Shown here: one piece after another, positions 29,039 to 37,804 of the stretch
Layout of the letters: every line of letters begins with the position of its first letter
Position numbering within the stretch: the stretch's first letter is position 1
DNA from: a virus
Lineage: Duplodnaviria > Caudoviricetes
Strand: one strand, 5' to 3'
DNA length: 64,000 nt
Virus record (IMG/VR): IMGVR_UViG_3300042914_003272
Span: 11,164-75,163 of that record
Position numbers and translations under genes: made by a program
The notes under the pieces: model-generated
Told to the model about the DNA's origin: nothing
Seen by the model: only the letters and a program-made list of their open reading frames with translations
Database searches by the model: none

Positions 29039-30877
29039 TTACTTCCTGAACCCTGCTATTCTTCCTGTTCTAACTAATTCCCTACCCGCTAACAGTGCAG
29101 CCCCGGCGGCTAACGCCCCAGTAGGTGTGACAGAATAACCCATGACTGACAACTCTGGTCCATTAATTCCATCCATAGTTCCTTTAATTAATCCCCCAGT
29201 AGCATCTCTCAGGAAGTTATCATCTTTATTACGTAAATAGTCCTGATACTTCTGATACTGTTCATAGGGGATATCAGTCCGCTCCTGTCTAAATTGCTCC
29301 CAAGGAAGTAGCTTACCTCTTTTACCTAACAATCCTCTATCAATTAATAACTCGGACAGCGGTGATGTAGAAATACGTGGGTCATCCTCATCAGGATTAA
29401 TAGCTTGATATCCTGCAACCCTACCGCCTTCACCCAGGTTAAATGGGTTATAAATTTGAGAGCCTAATTCTAATCCTGTAACAGCAGCAAATGGAACTAC
29501 GACCTTTGCCATCCTACTTGCATCTTCACCTAAGAACTTAGAACCGTGAGTACCCACAAAATCCGCAGGGTGTATAGTCCATAAGACTTGACGACTGCCA
29601 TTCCCTATTACGTCACCTGCTACTCTACCAACCCCAAATCCCACTCTACCTTCATTTTGTAAATGGGCATATTGACTTTCAGGTGCGCGATTCCAAGCTA
29701 CTGATGCAGAACGTCCAGGATGTTTACCAGCCTCTACGGCATAATCAAACCCTCTCTTAGTTCCATGCCACACATTCCCCCACCAACTACCAGTATCAGC
29801 CACTTGTCTTGCCTTGTCGTTTAGATGTTGTTGACGGGCTTGATTAAATTCTTCCCCATCAAAGTCATAGTTACCACCACCTGTGGGGGGTTTAGGGGGA
29901 ATACTCCCACCACCTCCACTCATAGGAATACCGGAAGAAGTAGATACAGCTTTACTTCCAGGGTAAACACTACGATTAATACCACTCTCAGGAGTCCCTT
30001 CTGGTATGGGTAGTGGGCTATAAGATACGGTTTCTGGAACTACACTAAACCCCGGCTGTGTTGATAATATGCTCACAACGTCTGGGGCAATTGCCCCATT
30101 ATCTGTAGGGATAGTTGTTACAGTTCCCGGAACTTCTTGGGGGGTAGGTTGAGGTTGTGAATTTAAAAAGAGATTATCTAAATCATTTAAGATTGCTTCG
30201 GATTCAGCATTATTAGCAAGAGGAGACGATTGTACAAGAGGGGTTTCAGGAATGGGTTGACTTACCACACCTTGAGGAGCATTGACTTTCCTGGATTCTA
30301 AATACGATTGGATTTCAGGTTTGAGAGCATACCTACCTCTTTCTCCTAGTGTTTCATCAAAAATTGCATACTTCTTTGGGACTACCCTATTTCCTTCAGG
30401 AGTTAATACTTGAATTAACCCTCTCTTTTTTAGTTCATCAAAGAAAGCATTTCCTTTTCCTCTGAACTGCTCTCTCATTGCTTGCTCCTCTTCTAAAGGG
30501 ATAAAAATATCACCTTCAATTCGCATTGCACCTTGAGGAGCTTTAGCAGAACGTCTTTGAGAATTAATCGGAGCATTTTCAGGAACAAATTCCGTATCTA
30601 TGTCACCACCTGATACTGCTTCTTCAACTCTTCTTCTTTCTGGTTTGTACCCAAATCTTTTAGCTTGTCTTTCTATTTCTAACAAATAGTTTTTTTGTTC
30701 TGCATTTCTCATTGCCTGTGCTTCTACTAATTGTTCAGCGGCAGGAAGATGCGAGAAAAACTCATCATAATGAGAAGCGGGTAGCTGAACAAAGTAATCA
30801 TCAAGCTGCTGTTTTGTCCCACTCAGCCATGCGGCAACGTCATCAGCAGATGTAAGTGTTGGTATCCTAAATGTCAT
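29039..30877 (-). CDS. hypothetical virion protein
   Basis: 612 aa, Pro-rich linker, C-terminal hydrophobic helix. Confidence 0.55.
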   Translation of the reverse strand: MTFRIPTLTSADDVAAWLSGTKQQLDDYFVQLPASHYDEFFSHLPAAEQLVEAQAMRNAEQKNYLLEIERQAKRFGYKPERRRVEEAVSGGDIDTEFVPENAPINSQRRSAKAPQGAMRIEGDIFIPLEEEQAMREQFRGKGNAFFDELKKRGLIQVLTPEGNRVVPKKYAIFDETLGERGRYALKPEIQSYLESRKVNAPQGVVSQPIPETPLVQSSPLANNAESEAILNDLDNLFLNSQPQPTPQEVPGTVTTIPTDNGAIAPDVVSILSTQPGFSVVPETVSYSPLPIPEGTPESGINRSVYPGSKAVSTSSGIPMSGGGGSIPPKPPTGGGNYDFDGEEFNQARQQHLNDKARQVADTGSWWGNVWHGTKRGFDYAVEAGKHPGRSASVAWNRAPESQYAHLQNEGRVGFGVGRVAGDVIGNGSRQVLWTIHPADFVGTHGSKFLGEDASRMAKVVVPFAAVTGLELGSQIYNPFNLGEGGRVAGYQAINPDEDDPRISTSPLSELLIDRGLLGKRGKLLPWEQFRQERTDIPYEQYQKYQDYLRNKDDNFLRDATGGLIKGTMDGINGPELSVMGYSVTPTGALAAGAALLAGRELVRTGRIAGFRK

Positions 30878-30878
30878 A

Positions 30879-31541
30879 TTATCCTTCTTCTTTAATCCAA
30901 TTACTTGCCATTAACCAAATACTTCTAACATTTAAGTCACCACTACTAAGAGATTTTAATTCCTTATTAGTAGCATTACTGTAATCAACTTTGAATACTT
31001 TACTTTCCTCTATTTGATTATCATGTGATGGTAACTCTAGTGGTTTTCTATCATCACTATCATCATCAATAGAATGAAGATGAGTAGATGCAGCATAAGC
31101 ACCAATAGCTAGTTGATATTCTTCCTGAGTAATATTTAATTGTCTACATATTTCCTCTACAGTAACTGAATGGATGGCTATTCTTTTAATGTCTGCTATT
31201 AACTTTTGCATTGACTGACTAAGCCTAATTAACTTAGACCTATCTCTAAGATATTGCAATATCTTTCCTGATATTCTAGGGACTGCGTAGGAAGAAAACA
31301 TAATTCCTTTATAGGGGTCGTAATCTTCTACTGCTCTAATCAATCCTATAAACGCTTCTTGTGATAAGTCATCAAAACTTTCATTGCAGTATAACTTAGC
31401 TGTATGTGCAGCTTTATAAGCTAATCCTTCATTGAGCATTACTAATTTATTTCTAATAGTAATAGACTTTGTTTGTTGATACTTCCTGAAAAGTTCTATT
31501 GACATAAGCTTCTTAGACTCCCTAACAAAGATATCTGCCAA
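30879..31541 (-). CDS. sigma70-family (SigF-like) RNA polymerase sigma factor, region 4 apparently missing
   Basis: IRNKLV..N.GLA..A..DDLSQEAFIGLIRAVEDYDP.KG..FSSYAVPRI.G.ILQYLRD; likely start ATG 31505. Confidence 0.88.
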   Translation of the reverse strand: MADIFVRESKKLMSIELFRKYQQTKSITIRNKLVMLNEGLAYKAAHTAKLYCNESFDDLSQEAFIGLIRAVEDYDPYKGIMFSSYAVPRISGKILQYLRDRSKLIRLSQSMQKLIADIKRIAIHSVTVEEICRQLNITQEEYQLAIGAYAASTHLHSIDDDSDDRKPLELPSHDNQIEESKVFKVDYSNATNKELKSLSSGDLNVRSIWLMASNWIKEEG

Positions 31542-32485
31542 TCAGCAAATTCATTATACGCATAGAATGTAGTAGCAATGGATTTCGTATGAGGGTGATT
31601 TTCACTTAGTAGAGTATTTGCATTTAATTTAGGAGAATGAGATTGATAAAGTTGTTCTACAGCTTCAGCTACAAATAAAGGTATTTCTAAGCTGGTTACT
31701 TGATAAGTCTGGTATATTGAAGTGATATCTCCTGACTTAATTTTGTATCTTAATCCTGATGTAATCTCAATTACTTTACCCCACTTAACGCAGGATTCTT
31801 TTATAGATACAAAATCACCGACTTTAAATTCTAAGTTATTAGGCTTAGGTGGTTTAATCTCAGGATTAATCATCTCAGCGTAAGCTCTTTTAATATCTGA
31901 TGTAGTGGGAGTTTCATTGCATTGTTCTAAAGCTTTACGCCACACATTAGCTCTTAACTCTACATCTTTTATTTGTCCTAATAATCTAAGAACGTAATCT
32001 GTTTTAGGAAGCAAGGTATCATCATCAAAGTAAATGCGAATACTTTCACAATCTTGATATGCCTTAATAGCTCTACTTGCAGTAGTAGGATTAATGCCTA
32101 AACCTAACTGACAATAAGACTGCCAACTATTGTATTGTTCACGGTAGAGTCTTCTTTGTTTGAGGGTATGTAAGTCTCTGCCTGTGTCTATAAAAAACCT
32201 TTTTGTGTTCTCTATAATTCTTGTTTCTAATTTTTGTTTTAATTCCTTATCTTCATCAGCCAACGGAGCTACAGGTTTACTTTTGTTCCCATCATTAAGA
32301 AGTGATTGAAACCAACTCCACTCTTCGTTAGATATATTTTCTCTAACCCTAGAAGTTATCTTAGCTAAATGAGTTTCTTCCAACTCTGACAGTTCCGTGA
32401 TAACCGATTTAGCTAAGTCTGTATTCCTATTAACAATAGCTATTCCCAAGCTGTTGCTCAGTTCCGTAGATTTATTTAGTTCCAT
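31496..32485 (-). CDS. hypothetical DNA-associated protein with KOW-like C-terminal part
   Basis: G..L..LK..RLYR..Y.SW..YC..LGI motif typical of cyanobacterial mobile-element proteins; FKVGDFV. Confidence 0.55.
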   Translation of the reverse strand: MELNKSTELSNSLGIAIVNRNTDLAKSVITELSELEETHLAKITSRVRENISNEEWSWFQSLLNDGNKSKPVAPLADEDKELKQKLETRIIENTKRFFIDTGRDLHTLKQRRLYREQYNSWQSYCQLGLGINPTTASRAIKAYQDCESIRIYFDDDTLLPKTDYVLRLLGQIKDVELRANVWRKALEQCNETPTTSDIKRAYAEMINPEIKPPKPNNLEFKVGDFVSIKESCVKWGKVIEITSGLRYKIKSGDITSIYQTYQVTSLEIPLFVAEAVEQLYQSHSPKLNANTLLSENHPHTKSIATTFYAYNEFADWQISLLGSLRSLCQ

Positions 32486-32556
32486 TGTCTAACCAACCAC
32501 TGTTTATTTTGCTTGCTCTATGGTATAATATATTCGGCAAAATAAACAGGTGAGTT

Positions 32557-32691
32557 ATGAAAAAACAACAACTTGATAATAGATATTTAGTTACCTCTAG
32601 TGCAATTAGATTAGACACACAAACTAATAACAACAATATAAAAAAGAAAATAGATTTTCCAGTAAATGCGTTGCTTGGATTCGGTAGTTAA
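32557..32691 (+). CDS. small hypothetical protein (44 aa)
   Basis: Manual translation; TATAAT and GCAAAATAAAC leader upstream. Confidence 0.4.
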   Translation: MKKQQLDNRYLVTSSAIRLDTQTNNNNIKKKIDFPVNALLGFGS

Positions 32692-32750
32692 ACCATCAAA
32701 AGTATAGGGGCGATTGCCCCATTAATAGTGAAGTAATTTGTGAAGTAATT

Positions 32751-33047
32751 ATGACTGAGGAAAATGAAGTTAGGGTATTTAGTAATGGCAGTCAATATAG
32801 TGACTGGACTGCAAGTAATTGTGATAGATGCAAAAAAGCAGCACCCCTTTATGAAGATTCTACCTGCCCTATTGAGTTAGCACTTTGTGAGGCATTGTTA
32901 TCTTGCGGTAAAGTTACTCAAGAGATTGCAAATAGAATGGGGTATGTAGACCAAGGAAAGGATGTTTGGATGTGCAAGGAAGTCGAGTGGACAGAGGAAT
33001 GGAAGTCTGAAGTCTTAGCAAGGAAAGATGCCAAAGTCAAATCTTGA
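32751..33047 (+). CDS. Cys-containing hypothetical protein
   Basis: FSNGS..W...NCDRC; after hairpin variant 32710. Confidence 0.6.
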   Translation: MTEENEVRVFSNGSQYSDWTASNCDRCKKAAPLYEDSTCPIELALCEALLSCGKVTQEIANRMGYVDQGKDVWMCKEVEWTEEWKSEVLARKDAKVKS

Positions 33048-33378
33048 ATTAAAGTTTGAAGAACTATGGCTTACTCTTTATCCTAGCATTGATTTAATAA
33101 ATGAGTTTAAGCCTGTTCCTAAACGCAGATTTAGGGCAGACTATGCTCATATTAACTCTAAGGTTCTCATAGAAATCAATGGTGGTACTTGGGGTAAAGG
33201 TGGGCATAGTAGCGGAGGTGGGATAGAAAGAGATTATATAAAAAATAACCTTTGCCTTTACTATGGTTATGTCACATTTCAGTTATCAAATAAAATGATA
33301 ACTGAAGAGTGGTTAAATATAATAGCCGACACCATTAGAGGTAGAGAGGCTTTTAATCTTGATTATCTCAAGTCCTAG
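33028..33378 (+). CDS. PD-(D/E)xK endonuclease (DUF559/Vsr-like)
   Basis: RRFRADYAH..VLIEINGG.W..GGH...GIERDY.KNN. Confidence 0.8.
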   Translation: MPKSNLELKFEELWLTLYPSIDLINEFKPVPKRRFRADYAHINSKVLIEINGGTWGKGGHSSGGGIERDYIKNNLCLYYGYVTFQLSNKMITEEWLNIIADTIRGREAFNLDYLKS

Positions 33379-33379
33379 T

Positions 33380-33868
33380 TTATTTATCCAAACTACTCAT
33401 AACAGTAGTGAACCCGCTATATTTTCCTTGATAGGGAATAGTGGGTTTTTCTGTTGAATGAATGATTAGCTGACCTATTCTCAATTCTGGGTAGATAAAC
33501 ACTGGTTTTTTTGTGGAGTAATTCTTTAATTCCAAAGTCAATACTCCATGAAATCCGTTATCTACCCAACCTGCTAATGCGTGAGACAATCCTTCTCTAG
33601 CTCTAGAAGATTTTAACTTTAACTCTATAGCAACATTATTTGGAACTGTTAAATATTCTAGAGTTTCTGCCAGCACAAATTCATTAGCATCTAAGATGTA
33701 GGGATTTTCTTTTGTGTGATGAGAAATGTTTACAATTTCATTATCAATAATTAGATTATTCCCTAACCTAATATCTAAGGAAGATGGATTAATTAAAGAT
33801 TCATCATAGGGTTTAACAAGTCCTTTCTTACAAAGAGATTTGATTTGATGGTCAACTAATACTGTCAT
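33380..33868 (-). CDS. dcd: dCTP deaminase
   Basis: INPSSLDIRLG, KSSRAREG, AGWVD.GFHG.LTLEL, RIGQL, Y.GKY. Confidence 0.92.
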   Translation of the reverse strand: MTVLVDHQIKSLCKKGLVKPYDESLINPSSLDIRLGNNLIIDNEIVNISHHTKENPYILDANEFVLAETLEYLTVPNNVAIELKLKSSRAREGLSHALAGWVDNGFHGVLTLELKNYSTKKPVFIYPELRIGQLIIHSTEKPTIPYQGKYSGFTTVMSSLDK

Positions 33869-34082
33869 GGTAAACTTAGTTTATTTTGCTTGCTTTAAAT
33901 AATAACATAACTCAGGTTTAAACTAAAGAAGGTTTTTATGGACGCTACGCGTCCTAGTTATAGTTTTAGTTCCTTCGGAGTTAGTATTCTTTTGGGATTA
34001 GGAGTAAAGAGTTTTTTATGGGGTGCTACGCACCTATTTTTGTAGTTGTAGTTTTAGTTTTGAATTAAGTTGGAGGGGAATT

Positions 34083-34460
34083 ATGCTGGATAGAATTGCT
34101 TTAAATCTAATTTCTTGTGGGTACATTTTTGTCAAAGAGTCCTGTGGGAAGTATTATGGCTACCCAGAAGACCTCCGTTGGTTCGGACATGGTGAAGCTA
34201 TTTACGCTTTACCTCTACTCGATTTTCCTCAGATTGAGGATGAAGAAAATTATGTAATGCCTGAAGAGGGTATCACCGACCCTTATTGGGTAAGAAAGAA
34301 TGGTGAGGATACTTATTCTTATACATCTTCCAGGATATACGAATCGAGCATTCCCGTTCTTTCCGAAGAAGGCGAACCTATTTACGCAGTTAGACGGGAA
34401 CTGATGTCCCTGGAATCTCAGTTTATCGCTGAGGTTTGGCAAAGGGATGTACAAGGCTAA
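34083..34460 (+). CDS. hypothetical early protein
   Basis: GGAGG RBS before ATG 34083; after class A motif 34025. Confidence 0.6.
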   Translation: MLDRIALNLISCGYIFVKESCGKYYGYPEDLRWFGHGEAIYALPLLDFPQIEDEENYVMPEEGITDPYWVRKNGEDTYSYTSSRIYESSIPVLSEEGEPIYAVRRELMSLESQFIAEVWQRDVQG

Positions 34461-34578
34461 CGCCTAAATAGGATTGAACTAACTCACTTCAATTTGACTT
34501 AGGTTGAATTGAAGTGAGTTATTTTTATGTGGGCTACGCGTTTTTGTGGAGTTGTAGTTAAATAATTGAGTTGAATGT

Positions 34579-34755
34579 ATGATTACTTTAGTTAGACCTT
34601 ACCACCCTTCCCATAAGTTGATTCAGAAAGAGGAGATTTCAATAAGAAGTGAGGGTACATTTATTGATTACTATCTTCCGTCAGATGATGACGGAGCTTA
34701 CTATTACAGCCCAACCCTTCATTCTTGGGTTTTAAGCGTAGATGACGGTTGGTAA
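34579..34755 (+). CDS. small hypothetical protein (58 aa)
   Basis: Manual translation MITLVRPYHP...; after class A motif 34533. Confidence 0.5.
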   Translation: MITLVRPYHPSHKLIQKEEISIRSEGTFIDYYLPSDDDGAYYYSPTLHSWVLSVDDGW

Positions 34756-34824
34756 GGGATGTACAAGGCTAACGCCTAATCAGTTTTGAGTTAAGTTTTG
34801 AGTTAAGTTCAGTACAGGGAAGTT

Positions 34825-35031
34825 ATGAAAGCAGAAAAAATAAATCAAAAACTAAAACAAAAACCTTTTGTCGAAAAGAGTGAAGAGGGCATTGCCTTAT
34901 ATTGGGTAGTAAAAGGCGGGAAGTTTCGACTAACAAACTTCCACCCATGCGAGGCTCTTGCATGGGGCGAGTTCTGGGGTGCTGTAAATATTTATGCAGA
35001 TGATTCTGCGTCGGTTGACTGGGAAGGCTAA
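34825..35031 (+). CDS. hypothetical protein
   Basis: After class B motif 34768. Confidence 0.5.
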   Translation: MKAEKINQKLKQKPFVEKSEEGIALYWVVKGGKFRLTNFHPCEALAWGEFWGAVNIYADDSASVDWEG

Positions 35032-35192
35032 CGCCTAAATAGGATTGAACTAACTCACTTTGATTTGACTTAGGTTGAATTGAAGTGAGTTATTTTTATG
35101 TTCACTTTGTGCTGATTTAAACAAAAACCCCTTAGTAGCTAGTTTGGTCGCTGTCTACTAGGGGGTCTTTTATCTAACATAGAGTCTATTCC

Positions 35193-37604
35193 ATGTCTAA
35201 GCTCATTCTAAAACAGTATGACCTGGTTAGTCAACAGTGGCTACCAGAGCATTGCAAGTCAACTTACCACAACACAATGTTGGGGCATCTATTCCCTAAC
35301 GTTAAGTTTGCTATCGGTGATGTGGGTAGTTTATTAGCTGATGAAAATCCCAATATAGAATACATCTCTGAAGTTCTTGACAAAGGCTTTGAAGAGTATG
35401 TATTAGTCGGTGGTAGTGGTAGTAGAAAACAAGGCAAGGCAATCTACTCAACATCAGAGTTTGACTGTTTTACCAGATTTTTTGGTAGCAATATGAATGC
35501 TGCCAACTACGGTTCTAACTTAACAACTGAATGTAAGTTGATTAAGGATATCAGCATTAAGCTGCTAGTAGTTGATGACGGTGATAGCAAGTCCCGCAAG
35601 TACCGCACAGGTGATTGTCACGGGAAATGTTCTGAGAAGTTTGCTATGGAGTTTGTGGATTCCATATTCAATCCATTCCAGTTTAGGGCTTTCAATATCA
35701 ACCCTGATTGGTGTGCAAAGGGTACGATTGCAGTTGGTTTTAAGAAAGGTAAGTATGACCTTGTTTTACCTACGTCCTGTTTTAAGGGCAATAAGGTTAA
35801 ACCTGGGGAGTATGAGTTGGCTAAGTTGGCTTTTGGTGTGGTGTTTAAGTCACCATCCCTAAAAAGGTGGACCGAGACTCATGACATTCTAGGGCTTCAA
35901 CTAGAGCGTGAGATGTGTGGTTACGACTACCGCAAGTCTAATCTTTCATATTCAGTAGTGCAGTTTCTGCCTTGGGATGCAGTGTGGGAAGACATAGTTC
36001 CCAATGCACAAAAACAGGCACAGGAACTTAACACCCTAGTCAGCAACCCTCAGAGGTTGTTAGATTACCTCCTGCGGAAAGGAGATGAAGGTAAAGGTCA
36101 AGAGAAATCTCGGTTAAGTCAGATTTTAAAGTCTGACGTACACGGTCAGCTATCTACCCACCCATGGGCTATCAAGGCAACTATGGGAATGTTGAGTAGA
36201 AGATGGCGTGAGATTGCTACATCAGGTGGAATTAAGTTTAACTCATCTATGGTGATGCCAGATGAGGAATTACCAGATAACTCCTGTTACGTTCCAGGGT
36301 TAGCAGATGGTGAAGAGGTAATCGTATTTCCCTATCCTTGCCGTTGGAAGTACGACATCAAGGTATGGACAAATCACATACTCCCTAAGTGGGAACAGAT
36401 GGAAGGAGTTATTGTAGGTAACTGCAATACTCTAATGAAACTTGGTAGAGATACCGACGGCGATTTTCTTATGTGGCTACCAGCATCTAAGTTACCTCAC
36501 GTAGCTCAAGTTGTTAAGTCTTTTGGTGAACCTGACCTAGACCAGGCAGGGTTAAAGCCTAAGAAGATTCCCATTGAAGGCACTCTAGGACAAATTCTGG
36601 TTAAGAGTATGGAAAACTTAACTGGTCTGATAACCTACTACATAGCCAAATCCTGGGCGTGTAAGAGGGAAGACTTTGTTTTCCAGTTAGTTCCACAACT
36701 TCAAGCAGCAGTTGATTCCCTCAAAGGTGCATTACCACCTGACAGAAAATTAATAGGTTCTATTGGTAATGCACTCAAATCTCAACGAGTTGACTGGTTG
36801 AAACAGGTCAAGGATGACGACTGCTACCTATTCTACCAGATGTCATCACGGAGTAATGATACTGTAGGACTGTTGATAGCAGAGGTCAACAAGCTTTGGG
36901 TTAAGCCTGAGTTGAAGGCAACTAACCTTAGACCATTCAATGTTTTATTCTCACACCTCAATCCTAGCAAAAAGTGGATTGAGAGGGCTGAGGTTGTGTC
37001 TAACGAATATTCATCTGCCATGTATGCTGCCGGATTAGAACAACGTAGGTGGGAAAAGGCTAATCCAGGGAAGAGAGTTCCCAGAATTGTTAAAGAACGC
37101 AGATTATCTTCCCAGAAAGATATCTGTAAATACTATGAGGGGATACTTAACCATTTACCCCCTGCACAGAGGATGATGGCTGTAGCCGCTTTCTGGGACG
37201 TCAAACACAGGAATAACAAAACTGGTATTCCTAATCCTCAAGCCAAAGACCACGAAGACAGGGTAGGCTTCTCAACTAACATCTGTTTTTTGCTAGGCAT
37301 AGAACAGATATGTGAGCAGCTTCAGGAATTGAGGATTGACACACTCAATATTGTAGGCAGGACTTACTCAGACTTCCGCAATCATATTTTCAAAGGTGAA
37401 ATGATTGTCATTACCATTGAGTCAGGCATTGGTAATGACGGAAAGCATTATTTCTTTGCCAAGTCCAATGGTTATAGCATTGGTGTAATCCCAGTAAAGG
37501 ACACGCCACCTATTAAATTTGGAGATGAGATAGTGGTTTATCTCCACACCAGGTTTGATAAGGTAGGACATCCGAGTTACAACGAGGCCTTTCTTGTGAA
37601 GTAA
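35193..37604 (+). CDS. single-subunit two-barrel RNA polymerase (YonO/QDE-1 RdRP-like family)
   Basis: Catalytic GRDTDGDF (DxDGD, ~36444-36467), GDCHGKCS (cf. DGxGxIS), FQFRA..AKG (cf. FQIR..GxKG), late Q.AVD..K motif. Confidence 0.8.
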   Translation: MSKLILKQYDLVSQQWLPEHCKSTYHNTMLGHLFPNVKFAIGDVGSLLADENPNIEYISEVLDKGFEEYVLVGGSGSRKQGKAIYSTSEFDCFTRFFGSNMNAANYGSNLTTECKLIKDISIKLLVVDDGDSKSRKYRTGDCHGKCSEKFAMEFVDSIFNPFQFRAFNINPDWCAKGTIAVGFKKGKYDLVLPTSCFKGNKVKPGEYELAKLAFGVVFKSPSLKRWTETHDILGLQLEREMCGYDYRKSNLSYSVVQFLPWDAVWEDIVPNAQKQAQELNTLVSNPQRLLDYLLRKGDEGKGQEKSRLSQILKSDVHGQLSTHPWAIKATMGMLSRRWREIATSGGIKFNSSMVMPDEELPDNSCYVPGLADGEEVIVFPYPCRWKYDIKVWTNHILPKWEQMEGVIVGNCNTLMKLGRDTDGDFLMWLPASKLPHVAQVVKSFGEPDLDQAGLKPKKIPIEGTLGQILVKSMENLTGLITYYIAKSWACKREDFVFQLVPQLQAAVDSLKGALPPDRKLIGSIGNALKSQRVDWLKQVKDDDCYLFYQMSSRSNDTVGLLIAEVNKLWVKPELKATNLRPFNVLFSHLNPSKKWIERAEVVSNEYSSAMYAAGLEQRRWEKANPGKRVPRIVKERRLSSQKDICKYYEGILNHLPPAQRMMAVAAFWDVKHRNNKTGIPNPQAKDHEDRVGFSTNICFLLGIEQICEQLQELRIDTLNIVGRTYSDFRNHIFKGEMIVITIESGIGNDGKHYFFAKSNGYSIGVIPVKDTPPIKFGDEIVVYLHTRFDKVGHPSYNEAFLVK

Positions 37605-37804
37605 AATAGATTTACTCCCTAGCTTAATTGCTAGGGAATAACTACTTTCTTTTTTTTAACATGAACCAACAATCAAACCAATAACCGATTAGCTAAAGAG
37701 CAGTGGATTGAAGTTGCGTATGAACATGGTCAAGTAATTCCTTTGCCATCTGAAATGTAATGGACTTCATAGGAACTCTAGCAACAAATTAATTTAGAGT
37801 TTCT

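Larger units (their letters stand above)
11495..34560 (+). promoter_or_regulatory. class A dispersed hairpin promoter motif TTTTATG-n-GC-TAC-GC-N13-16-TGTAGTT
   Basis: GCTACGC cores at 11507,11863,12502,13527,13786,15761,16238,17026,17587,17924,18258,19669,20044,20443,33944,34025,34533; each upstream of a small plus-strand ORF, many right after a terminator. Confidence 0.8.
34453..35100. repeat. 77-bp direct repeat (class B motif + terminator hairpin) at 34453 and 35024
   Basis: AAGGCTAACGCCTAAATAGGATTGAACTAACTCACTT..GAAGTGAGTTATTTTTATG, 2 mismatches. Confidence 0.9.

Noticed and set aside
37661-37684. Micro-ORF MNQQSNQ
   Set aside because: No RBS or promoter motif and no recognisable peptide, unlike MERGSGR
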